A stretch of DNA of 63,963 nucleotides, the filler included, from Lenisia limosa (Eukaryota > Protista > Breviatea): assembly GCA_001655205.1 (NCBI GenBank). It is 15 parts of 15 records of this genome, joined end to end, with 100 filler letters (N's around TTAATTAATTAA, not from the genome) between each part and the next. Parts side by side here need not be neighbours in the genome. Positions count along the whole stretch, not along the records: positions 42,617 to 58,561 come from LPNZ01011223.1; 14 more parts are not named here. One strand, written 5' to 3'. A model generated the notes under the pieces. The model was not told the DNA's origin. It searched no databases and saw only the letters and a list, made by a program, of their open reading frames with translations. The first letter of the stretch is position 1. Each line of letters begins with the position of its first letter. Made by a program: the position numbers and the translations under genes. This document shows, piece after piece, positions 45,307-56,759 of the stretch.

Positions 45307-48300
45307 CTACTGGAAGCCAGAGCGGATTTTGACGATAGAAGTCCTTAGTCTGCGGTCCTTTATCCACTCCCCGTCAGTAACGACGACGTACTGGATTGTG
45401 AGCCACTTTAACCTATGTCGTATATTATGTATATCGATGTCCTAATCAAATGCAATGAAACTTGAAACAGTCAAAAAAAAAAAAAAAACATATTTCCAGT
45501 ACAAAATAATCCAAGGCTATACCTCAATTGTGGTTCCTTGTTCGAAGTAGAATGGCAAAATAGTTCCTAGCATGTGAGATGANNNNNNNNNNNNNNNNNN
45601 NNNNNNNNNNNNNNNNNNNNNNNAGTTCAGTGACCCTCCCCCTACTCCCCTCCCCTCTCCCTCCCTCGGGACCTGCAATAATAGTTTTTTGAGACCAAGG
45701 TGAAAGAATCGATTCAAGACTGAAACGAAGCCAAATCTCTCATACCAATAAGAAGAAAAATTGCAAAAATTAATATTAATGAGTTAATAAGGATGGAATC
45801 TTGCTGACCTGAATCTTCAGTAATGCCCGTATTTTTCCGAGCCTCAAGAGTGAGAATCTTAGTGGTCTTGTCAGGCAATGTTACGTGCACTGAAAAGCTG
45901 TTTTGTCTACATCTTAAGCGAGGTGTTCAATAATTCACAAAAGAGCTGGAAAATACATTGTGCCCTGGTATCTCTTTCTCTGAATAAATACGGCCAAGAG
46001 AAGCTCCAAAAGCAACAACCCGAACATACTCCAGTCTTGGACAACCCGAACATACCCCAGTCTTGGATAGGCGGTAAACGATGACAGAAGGTAGATGCCT
46101 AAGACATCAACGGGAGAGCAGAAATTATATTTCAAAGTGCAAGAAAATTTGTACCCTTTAATTGTGATTACCAGATTCTGAGATAGAAATGCGTCCATCA
46201 CGCATGAAGAGGCCCATCTTGCCCGGGAAAGTACTGAAATTGTGAGGTAAACTTATTTCTGGGAGTTAAAAGAGAAATGATAGAGGAAATCTCGGGCTTC
46301 ACTTCGGTTCACTGAATATATCGATAAATCCTAGAAAACTATCGATAATTTACCGTATTTTTCAAACCGAAGTGAAGCCCCAAGGATATCCCACTTTTCA
46401 CTTCATAAAAGATACGACCCACTCACTCAGAAGGTGAAGATGCATTAAAGTAGGAAGTCTTTGTATCTTCTGCCGTCTCCAATAATGAACCTCCATAATC
46501 ACCTAAAAAGATCAGCTACCCAGATGAACAAACGACGTAGAAATGAGAAATAAAAAGAGACTATCTGGCCAAAGATATCACATCAAGTTTATTAGGGAAA
46601 TTTATTTTCGGATAGTATCAATTCACCAATCATTAGCCTTACTGCTTCATCCACATAGCCTTCAAACTTTGGGTCTCAAAGTTGAGCCTCAAGAAAGCTG
46701 CCTTTTGTGGATTGTTTTGAAATCCTTCAGCGAAGTAACGTTGGATAGAAATAGTGTCGTTTGTATGAAGTCGAAGCAGACATGTTGTTGCTATATTGGT
46801 TAAAAGGCTGAATGTATTCTCCCTTATTTAACACACATACAGAGTGTATTCTTACTACACCGACCAAATCAGAAGAGCAAATTAAGCTTACTGTCAATAT
46901 GTTCTGTCGTGCCATAGTTATCATGGATCTCAAAGGGCTAAAACAAATAAGATATCTGCGTGATGAAAGATGATGCTAAACTGCTCAGACATGTGACTAA
47001 AATATGTCAAATCTGCCCTCTTACTTTTTCTCCATTGATAACCAGACGGACAAGGTTCCGTCCCGTTCTATGAAATAAGTGATAATACCATGGACGTGAA
47101 GGCAATGGGTTCATATTTATATGCTCATCAATGTTATGGGTTAACTCCTGCATCTACCTTGATCATTAAAGAATATAAGAAACTGTATCGTCCTCGATTA
47201 GAACTAATGTTGAACGAGAAAGTTATAAAAACTGAATTAGTATGGGCCATGGTTTATCATAGATTTTTGGATTGTAAATAACACGATTTATGAAAGGCAA
47301 ACCTGGGGCCTCCGACCGAAACAAGGTACACGGCAGTTTCGGGCACAACAAACACCATATCACTACCAATACCGAAGCTGCCGGAAATGGTGGTGCTGAA
47401 GAGTCAGGGTGATGTCAGTAACAATCCAAATATATTTGAGCATCCTTGTATTTCCAAAAGGTCCAGTTGAATATCGAAATGTATAGAAAAATTGAGTCTT
47501 GTATTTGTTGAAGTGAAGGGACACAAAATTTTCATTATTACGATTAAGGCTTCACTTTGGTCGAAAAAAGAGTGAATTTCTCGATAAATCCTCGAAAACT
47601 ATTGATAGTTTGCCTATCTTTTCCGAACCGAAGTGAAGCCTTAATCACGATCCACTTACCCAGGATAGTTCTCAAAAGGCAGGGCGTTTAAGCCAAGGCC
47701 ATCAACTTCGAACCGGATTTGACCAAAACCGCGAACGGCTGGGGGTGGGACGTAAAAATTGAGAATATCTATTAAATATTATGTTTGCGAAACGTTTGAC
47801 ACACACAAGAGTTGAAAATAACAATACAAAGCAAGCAAAGGCCAGTAGCTTCTGCAGNNNNNNNNNNNNNNNNNNNNNNNNNNNNNNNNNNNNNNNNNNN
47901 NNNNNNNNNNNNNNNNNNTATGGCATTTATTTTTTGGAACCCTTGTCAAATACAATAATGAGTACAAAAAAGAGGTATTATGTAATTGGACTGAAAGAAT
48001 GAAACGCTTACATTCCACAAGGTCTTCAGACTCACGGTTAATCAAAAACGCGACTACTTCAACCTAATGGGTATATGAATCACATCGGTTGTATCCCTAT
48101 TACACTATTCATATTATTCATATTGTATTTTATTCATACTAGTATTTATTTTTTGTTATCATAAATTGGTTTGTATTAACAAATATATATATTATATATA
48201 TATGATATATATATATTATAAAAAAACAAACGGTATTTTGATAAATATCAGACCTGGAATGGTTCCGAGCCAGATAATGATGAAACTGCGAAGGTGTCAC

Positions 48301-49844
48301 CTGCAGCAAGGGGAACAACCTGGTGTCAAATAGATGAAAAAAAAAAACCCCAAGATAGTCACATTATAAATTGAAGAAAGGAAACACACGAAAAGCAGTA
48401 ACTTACGATTTCGCCTGAAATGACAAGGTTCTCAGTGTGGTCAGAGATTTCCCCAAGAACAAGNNNNNNNNNNNNNNNNNNNNNNNNNNNNNNNNNNNNN
48501 NNNNNNNNNNNNNNNNNNNNNNNNNNNNNNNNNNNNNNNNNNNNNNNNNNNNNNNNNNNNNNNNNNNNNNNNNNNNNNNNNNNNNNNNNNNNNNNNNNNN
48601 NNNNNNNNNNNACGAAGAATATTAGCATTGTACGTGGTATTCAAAACCCCCAACTCTTCACAGAATAAAAAATGTTCCAGAGTCAAGCCCTTCCCAACGT
48701 ATAGTCGAGGACAATGGAGGCGCCGATGAGGTAGTTACCCGCTTCGGTCACTGTGAACAGTCCCAAGGCTTCGGAAAAACCGGATCGGAGGAACTGTCCA
48801 TATCTACTGGGTGAGTGCTTTTGATTGGAGGGAAGAATATAAAGGATAAACTTGTGGATTTCACGAAGATCTTTATTAGCTTTATTCAGGTACCAAAAAA
48901 AAAAACCAATGTGTTTTAAACGGTCACACCATTCACCTGTTCTCAGCAAAGCTGGAGTGGACGACGCGAGAACCGTCGGGAACTGTAGAGGTGGCGCCGC
49001 CGGAGAAGTAGGGCTGTGTTTCTGCAAGGATGTCAGTGAAAATAAGACAAGGATAGCATTGCAGGGTTGAATGGGAAAGTTCTACTTAGGGCTTCACTTC
49101 GGTTCGAAAAATACCTGAAATATCTATAGTTTTCGAGGATTTATCGAGAAATTCAGTCATTTTTTGAACCGAAGTGAAGTCCTAGTTCTTCTCTTTTGAG
49201 AGCAGTACAAGCCAGCTATCAGCTACTTGGTTCAACAGTCTCAATATCACCCCCTACCTTGCTGTGAGATTGGGGACCAGAGACCATTGTCACACACCAA
49301 CATGCCCTTCGCAGACTTGCTACAGGAGATGAAATGTTGGTAAACAACGACATGAATTAGATCACCCTCCATCTATCACACAATATGACAGAAATGAAAC
49401 CTGGCCAACGCTATCTGTCATATGATACATAATGTTATTGACGATAACACAAAATTTACCAAAGACAAAATACTTCCACGAATTCAATCAATCATTTACA
49501 CAGCCTGATAAACACAACACTGCAAACCTGATTTGCCCATCGTTCAATGTTGAACACTCGGTCAGAGAAGAAGAAGTGGTGAAAACAATTTCTTCCACAG
49601 ATGATGTCTTAAAAATCAAAAATATGTGTGATGATTAGTGCATGGTAAGGATAAGAGATCCATCATTGAGATGTTGTCCACTCCCAACCTTTGCTGAAAG
49701 TGAATCAGTGATAATAGAGGGGTGGTGCAGCGTCTGGTCAACAGAGACCTGGATTCCCATGCAAATACACCTGTTAAAGATAATTAAACCGAAAGAGGAT
49801 GGGAAGACCTACGCGAAGGCAAGGAAGAAAAAGATACGCGTCAT
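45307..49844 (-). CDS. Secreted protein with three tandem C1q/TNF-like beta-sandwich domains, paralog 2 (apparently complete)
   Basis: Signal peptide, a C...DGQI...LVCDNGLW module, then three repeats of the F-x-x-x-x-x-G-x-Y-L-x-x and L-x-x-G/N-D-x-I/F patterns: GLFTVTEAGNYLIGASI/VVPLAAGDTFAV, FVVPETAVYLVS/LLRLHTNDTISI, ISISESGIYLLS/PFYFEQGTTIEY. Stop at 45307-45309. Confidence 0.7.
46292..46382. mobile_element. hAT MITE family A copy
   Basis: Flanks AGGAAATC / AGGATATC (7/8). Confidence 0.85.
47545..47643. mobile_element. hAT MITE family A copy
   Basis: Ends TAAGGC...GCCTTA; flanks ATTACGAT / ATCACGAT (7/8). Confidence 0.88.
49087..49184. mobile_element. hAT MITE family A copy
   Basis: Flanks GTTCTACT / GTTCTTCT (7/8). 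Confidence 0.88.
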
Positions 49845-50334
49845 TGCGACTGTTTATAAGGTTCTGGAGCTCGTCTTATCAGCGTTCTTTGCGTCTTTTT
49901 TCCCTCTCTTTTCGTTACACTACTTCTTCACTTTCTCTTCTTTCACTTCTTTCTCTTGTTTTCATGTTTACTATCCACATTTGTTACATTAGTTACATTA
50001 AATGATATGACATTTCCTTTTTGAGACTTGTCAGGAGGCCCTCCACGAAACACCCTGCGCTTTTGTTGCTTTTCTCATGTGAAAACAATGTGCCATGAAG
50101 TCATGTTAATGTCAATCGGATGGTGTTCTCACCAGTTACAATTTATTTACCATGAGCATGATTCATATATCATATTTTTTTTTTTATATATAAATATAAA
50201 AATATCTATCTATAGCTGATAATATATACATATGATATATCTCTATCTCCATCAAGTAATCGTTCATTTCAACACCGTCTCTCTTGTTAGTGCTAAATGT
50301 TATTCAAATACTGAAATATAATAAGAAAAAAATA

Positions 50335-51912
50335 TTAGTTAAACAGGGGGTCTTCCTGGGAGGCGAGAGAGGGCTTAGCTCTCTTCAAGCTACAAAAGAA
50401 GGCTGTGACAACGCCGCCACTCACCGTCAAGACCATAATTACAAGGCCTGTTGTATGAACAATTGTTGATAAGTGATAATTATGAAAAGAAGTGATAGTT
50501 TATTGCTTACCAACAAAAGGAACAGATGCACTCTTTTGCTTCTTCTACATTGGTGAATGGGGTAACTGAGATACAAAGTAATTTTATTTTTATAAACCAC
50601 CATTTCATACCTTCTCAGCTCCAATGGTAAATGTTTCCGTGAGGCGGTAATTGACTTTTCCTGAATGATGAGACAAAATACACATGTAGTTTGAATTGTC
50701 ACATGTTGAAATGTAACAGGTGAATATAGATTCTTTGATGCAAAAGATTTTGAAATTAGTTCCACAAACCGTCCTCATCTATACTGAGTCGATCTGGTGA
50801 ACGCCAGTCCACACTGACACGATGCATTTGCATTCCGACAATCTAGATACTAAGTCCCCCGTTATTTTGAGCAAAAAATCTCGGTTACTGTTTGTCCTAA
50901 AGCTTACGTCAAAGTACTTTTTGGACTGTCTAAAGTTGCCTTCGCTACAATGTCATGTTACATTTCTCAAATGATGTGGTGATCAGTTTGATAGATCATT
51001 TTGATAAAACAAAAATTGCAGTCATTGTATGACCGAATGATATCCTCTTATTGCCCACTTGAAGAAGTCTCCGGAGTTATCTTCACACTTGGCGGTAATA
51101 ATCAGCTCAGTACCTGGGGGTTAAGAGTAATCAATTGCGTTTTAATTGCGATCTGAATTTGCATTGCTCACCTTTAGCGACATTGTCGATGACTGTGGTG
51201 CAGTGAAGCCCGCCGCTATGAACTGGTACAAAATCTGCAGAAATAAACTAACGTTTGACCTTTAGGTTACACAGAAACGACTTTCTCTATCATTATTGTG
51301 AATAATATGGACAGAAACTAGTACAAGTAACTTAATTGCCAAAGTCTCAACAACCATCAGAGGAGCCAAGGGTGCGGCCGACAACAGATATGGTACATGT
51401 TTCAAATGAACGACTGCAATAGCCTGAGGCCTGAAATGTGAGTTGTCAACCCTAAGTTCTTGTTGAACCTGTTCCTTCTTATTATAAAATGTTGTTAAAA
51501 TTATCAGAGAATCTCATTCGTCACCATCATACTCTCATCCAAACTGAGACGTGGTTAACATTCTCCAAGTCTACCGGCGCATCGTCACTGGGGGGATCTT
51601 CAACTTCGATCGGTGCTTCAAGATCATTGAATGAAGAGTGATGTATTTGAAAGGTCAGCTGATATGGTGCGATCAAGGGCATTTTCAATTTGCAAAACAA
51701 TAATTCTCCACCAACAATCATGGTCAATTGTGTCATCCATAGGGTCTGGGATGGGAATATCAACATCAATAATCTGAATGGTTAATCTAATCTCTGAAAC
51801 ATCAAGATATATATGGGCTTCCTGTGAACTTAGGCAATTCCCAAAAGTATACTTGGGCGAGTGAGAAGAAGAACACAAGGGAGAGCAACAAGACGACAAT
51901 CTTGGACATCAT
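50335..51912 (-). CDS. Type I membrane protein of unknown function, multi-exon
   Basis: Signal peptide MMSKIVVLLLSLVFFFSLAQ; internal exons; terminal TM exon LVIMVLTVSGGVVTAFFCSLKRAK...QEDPLFN*. Some splice phases are unresolved. Confidence 0.6.
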
Positions 51913-52498
51913 TGTAGTGGGCGTATCAAAAGGAGGGTAAGGAGAGTTTCGAGATTTGGGGTAATTTTACTATTAAAAACAAGCTTATTCTCTGTAAATG
52001 CAACACCAAACCAAGAGACAACGAATTTGGTGTACTATAAAGGTTTCACCAAAAAGGCAAGTTCTATCTAAGTGGCGTTAGTCAAGATTTTTACCATTCA
52101 CTAACCACATAGGGTTACACTTCCACAAAAAGTCCCAAATTTTCAAGCGGTTAAAAGGACATTCCTTCAGCAACCCTGACAAATTCATGATAAATGCACG
52201 AAATTTCTGTTACCAAATTACATCCTGTGTAAAGATGGCAACAAATTGGCAACAAACCAATAAACTTATCAGCTTGAGACAATTAGACCATTAAACCATT
52301 AAACCATAGACCAATATTGCAATAGAATTAGAATTGATAAACAAGTAAAAGTAGAACTACAACCTTCACCAGATCAGAATGATCAAGCTAAAGGAGATAA
52401 ACAAAGTAAGAAATTTTCTCTCTTATTAATACACGCTGACACACGCTTAATAAAATTAAAACCGATTACTTTGCGAGAGAAGAAGGAGGAGCTCTAGA

Positions 52499-55400
52499 AT
52501 GGCCGCTTTACTTGCTTCAGCTTTTCCCTGTGAGGCAACAGCTCTTCTCGCCTTAAAGTACTCAAGTATTCCCACACATGAAATTAAAAACGATGATGAA
52601 GCCTTCTGTTGGGGTAAGCTCCCACCCCCCTCCTTTTTCAAACTTACTCTTTTAGGCTTGTTGATCAAGACATCACGTTCCTTCAGCTATGTCATTCAAG
52701 TAAGCGAACTTCCATTGTCTATAAAAGTTTAATAAGTTAGGCTGTAAAGCTGGTTGAAATGACCCTGTAGATTCTTCCTGAGCGTATCAAGCTGTCAATG
52801 GCAGTGTTTTACGTTGTGCTGCGGGGCCTTGACGCGATCGAAGATGACCCCGCTGTGTTGCCAAAGTTTGCTTAGTATTCCTAGGGGACATGTTAAAGTA
52901 TATACAGGTTTGCATTTCGCGTATTTTTTTTTATTATTTTTTTTTGCTTGGATTCTTTTTTTGGTTTTGTGTTCATAGCAAAATACGAAGAACATGGCTA
53001 ACGAGACAGACAAAAGACGGCTCTTCTGAGGCGCTTCTTTATGAACCTTGGTAATGAAGACTTCCACCTTACGTCATGTTAGAGGGTTGCTTTAAGTGTG
53101 ATATCTATATTATTTTCTACACTCTTTTTTTTTTGTTAATTTTACCACCTGTTTCCATTTATTTCTTGTTCACTAGTACCACTTTCCTCTTTTTGATACC
53201 TCTTTCTATTTTTTTTTCTTTTCTTTTCCTTGCCTCTTGTTACCTTATAACATTCCAGTCGGTGAAACTGCCAATGAAGTTGAACTTCTGACACATTTCC
53301 ATCGGATCAATAAGATCTTCAACACGCTACCTCCTGAAGACAGGGAAACTATCACTGTAAGCTCCCAGCAAGACGGCGCTTTGGCGCAATGGTCAAATGT
53401 CTCAACAATCCTCACTCTTAGTGTCTATTTTGTAAAGCTTTGTGCACATAGTTGTAAGGCAAATGATTGGGTGAAATAGTAATTCAATATCTCATATAAG
53501 CGTGATGGTGTACGGCTTCGGTCAGATACAATTTTGTTTTTTATTTCTCATTGCTAAAAGGTTGGCCAGATAATTATTTTTTATTTCTCATTGCTATATA
53601 TCAGATATATCATAATATCTACAGTATTTTGTAGCAGATGTTGATATACCTTATGTCGCACCTTTTTTGTATTTTCTCAACTATATATTTTTTTGGAATT
53701 TAATGACACGGCACAGGATATCACGGAAATAATGGGTGGAGGCATGGCCAAGTTCATTGAAGAGCCGGAAGAAACTCGTCTTGCTACCATCACACAATGG
53801 AACGATTACTGCTACTATGTTGCCGGAGTGGTGAGCATTTGTCCGTTCCTCTTGTTTTTAAGCATCCATTATTTATTCTGCTTCCACAGCCTGCCCTAAT
53901 GTTTAAGGTTGGAGAAGGCATTACTGAGCTGTTCCTCCATTCCAGTCTTGAGGGTGAGGATTTGACGCTTATCAAACACCAAGGTTTGCCATTTCGGGGG
54001 TCCGTTTTTAGACCTTTACTGAATTGTGTGAAAAGTTAAAGACGTGTGGATGGAATAAAACAAGCAATCCGTCCCTTATTTCTGAGTCGATTCTCTTCGC
54101 TCTTGTTTGCCAAAAAGAGCGAAGAGAATCGACTCAGAAATAAGGGACGGATTGATTGTTTTATTCCATTCACACACCTTTAACTTTTCACACATTTCAA
54201 TGTTCAGCCACTACAATGGGAGCTGTCCTACAAAAGACCAACATCATACGGGACATCAACGAAGACGTTCTCGATAACAGGCATTTTTGGCCGTCAGATA
54301 TCGTCGAATCATACGTCAACAAGGTTTGAGTGGAATTTATCACCCCATGTTCAGCAGATTGAAAGTGGGTCTTGATGATATTAATTTGACATAATATAAC
54401 TGATAAATGTGTGGGAAATATACAGTGACCGGGATAAGTCTTGACCGATTTTCCTTGGGAAATCACATAGCAAATCGGTCAAGACTTATCCTGATCACGT
54501 ATACCAACTGTCGACTTCTTGTTTTTGTATCTTCTGGCTGATCAAAACAGTACAACGATTTGATAGACCCAATACATGAAGCTGAAGCTTTGAAGTGCCT
54601 CAACCACCTCATCACAAACGCATTTAGAGACCTTGCTGTATGCTGTATTGTGATGTGAACAGTATTACGTTCTTTCAATTGAAGGCGTTTTCTCAACATT
54701 TTAATCTCTTAATAATAGGTAACAACAACACTATTGTTCCACATCAGCAAGTTTTTACTTCTAGGGAGCCCTTGAGTACCTGTCTTGCATATCCAATTCT
54801 GACAACTTCCGATTTTGTGCCATCCCCCAGGTAAATAGGGCCTCTGTCGATTAATCATTTTTGATAACATTAAAAGGGATACACAGTAACACATATTTGG
54901 ACAATTGTAACATAAACTCTTTTATATTTGAGTGTTTTATCCAAGACCTCTTACATTCAAATCGCAACCTCCCATCAGCAACACCCCCTACCCTCTGGAG
55001 TGATGGGATGCGGTGTTGCAGAAGCGACTAGCCTGGGCTTTGTTTTGTTGTTATCAGCCCTTGTGTGTTTTCAACCAACAGAGTTTATTTTGGGTTTTTG
55101 TTTCATAAATTTTCCAATTTTACCCCCCCCCCGTCTAGGCAATGGCAGTATCGACTCTCTCCCTCTGCTACAACAACCCGGAAGTACTCAAGAAGTGGGG
55201 TGGTTGGTGTCACTAGTAGGGCTTCCCGAAAAGAACGAATCTCTCGAAAATTTTCGATAAATATCGATATTTTACCAGTCTTTTTCGGACCACAGGGAAG
55301 CCCTAGCCACTAGAGTTGGACGAGAGGATATAACTCACTTTTTTTTTTGAGAATCTATACAAAAAAAAAATACAGAGTGAGCGTTAATAATTAGCAAGGT

Positions 55401-56360
55401 TGTGATGGTTTCCTCAAAGCTTTGTAGTGCTTTGATAGAATCATTACAGTTGTTTCAATGTCACCAACTTTCTTTTATAGGGGTTCTCGACAATTCTTTC
55501 TCCAACTGATGCAATAGCTCCAGGTTTACTATCTAGAAATGTGAAGATCCGAAAAGGCAAGGCCGCCGTAATCATCCATAACATGAGAACGTACAACGAC
55601 TTCATCACGGTGGGCACATGCGTCTCATTGCGTAGATAAACTACTCTTGATTATATTGCTTACATGAAAATGAATGATACAGAGGGATAACACAATATAA
55701 ATCCCATACGCCTTTTCGCTCCAGATGCCTCTAATAAATCCCTGATTAGCATTGTTTTTAATTCAATATTTTTCAGTGGATCCAATCAGCAGATCTTATA
55801 TCATATACAGTGACAGATAAGTCTTGCCCTGGGAAATCATATCAAATCGGTGAAGACTGATTAGGGTCACTGTATACATTTCTTTAACAATCTCTCCTCT
55901 CCCCACGTTCCCGCACTCACTCCCTCTCACCACCCGTCCCCAGTTTGTCCACGACGAGTTGGAGGAGCTGAAGGTAAGAGTGCCTGAAAGTGATCCGAAT
56001 GCCATGGAGCTGATGGCCTTGATTGACAGTATCTTGGCTACTACTGAGCGCCACGTTATCGAGAGTGGGGGGGGGGGCATGAAATTTATACGATACGTAT
56101 TCCTCGATAGTGGCTTTGGCCAGAAGATCCCTTCGCAACTCGGGGATTATGAGGACAAATGGGTGGTAGCACCTCGTCATAGTTCGAATTTATGCTCGCC
56201 GTGATATTACTCTTTGTACATCATTCATTCGTCTGAGTCGAAATTGATCTCCCCATCGGGATATAACAGTTCAGAAGAGGCGTCATGGTGGTGGACACCC
56301 GTTGTGCTGACGTCATGTGTGGGTGCGGCAGCGGTGTACGCCTATTCAAAGTGGAGATGA
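52499..56360 (+). CDS. FDFT1: Squalene synthase (farnesyl-diphosphate farnesyltransferase), 13-14 exons
   Basis: Phase-consistent exons 52499-52613, 52656-52699, 52771-52865, 53010-53077, 53259-53356, 53717-53830, 53908-53983, 54208-54323, 54551-54637, 54765-54830, 55139-55194, 55537-55609 and 55944 onward. They give TSRSF, YVVLRGLDAIEDD, YCYYVAGVVG, LQKTNIIRD..ED, FCAIPQ.MA and VKIRKG, plus a C-terminal TM anchor. The last splice junction is uncertain. Confidence 0.95.
54025..54194. repeat. Long intronic inverted repeat (~80-bp arms, 10-nt loop)
   Basis: The inner 40 bp (CAATCCGTCC...TTCGCTCTT) are perfectly paired and the outer 40 bp nearly so. It fills 170 of 224 nt of squalene synthase intron 7. 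Confidence 0.95.
54423..54500. mobile_element. Tc1/mariner-type MITE family B, near-consensus copy
   Basis: TA-CAGTGACCGGGATAAGTCTTGACCGATTT...AAATCGGTCAAGACTTATCCTGATCAC; CAGTG terminus next to TA. Confidence 0.85.
54995..55132 (+). repeat. Unclassified C-tailed interspersed repeat family D (~140 bp)
   Basis: GGAGTGATGGGATGCGGTG...CAACAGAGTT.ATTTGGG.TTTT.GTTTCATAAATTTTCCAATTTTAC(C)n. Copies or fragments at 13975-14260(-), 24620-24740(-), 27001-27097, 36650-36677, 38001-38061, 56926-56970(-), 57285-57420(-), 63204-63239 and 63792-63960. Confidence 0.85.
55217..55305. mobile_element. hAT MITE subfamily A2 copy
   Basis: Flanks GTCACTAG / GCCACTAG (7/8). Further copies at 57007-57076 (deleted) and 58476-58561 (cut by contig end). 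Confidence 0.85.
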
Positions 56361-56759
56361 TCCAAGAATATTAATATGTTGTTGTAGAGTAGTTTAGAAT
56401 TTCGTTTTTTTTATCTGTTGTAAAATATGCACCATGTTTCCCCCTTGTACTGAGCTGAACGAAACATTAAATAAATATGAACATAGACCTAATAATCCAA
56501 ATCGCTCCACTCATCAGGAACGGGGTGTGCTGTAGCCTAAGAGGGTGAGTGGTTGGGGTGAGTCTGAGTGATGAAGAGCTTCACTTTAGATTGAGAGTTC
56601 ATGTCTATGATGGGGAGGGAAACAAAAGCGTATTTGACTTTATGTTATCACATTTACATCTAACAGGTTGTAGTAAATGAAGAGATATTTACAGCGAAAA
56701 AATGATATGATATAATAAACATAATAAAAGTAATAGATCACCCACATCACATCACCCCA

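Noticed and set aside
52979-53010. In-frame TAA in an apparent squalene synthase exon, suggesting TAR-to-Gln recoding
   Set aside because: Using the AG at 53008-09, just after a CTAAC branch motif, gives DDPAVLPKQKTALL. This is the same length as the canonical DD......KK..LL segment and has no stop. TAA and TAG also terminate other genes here.
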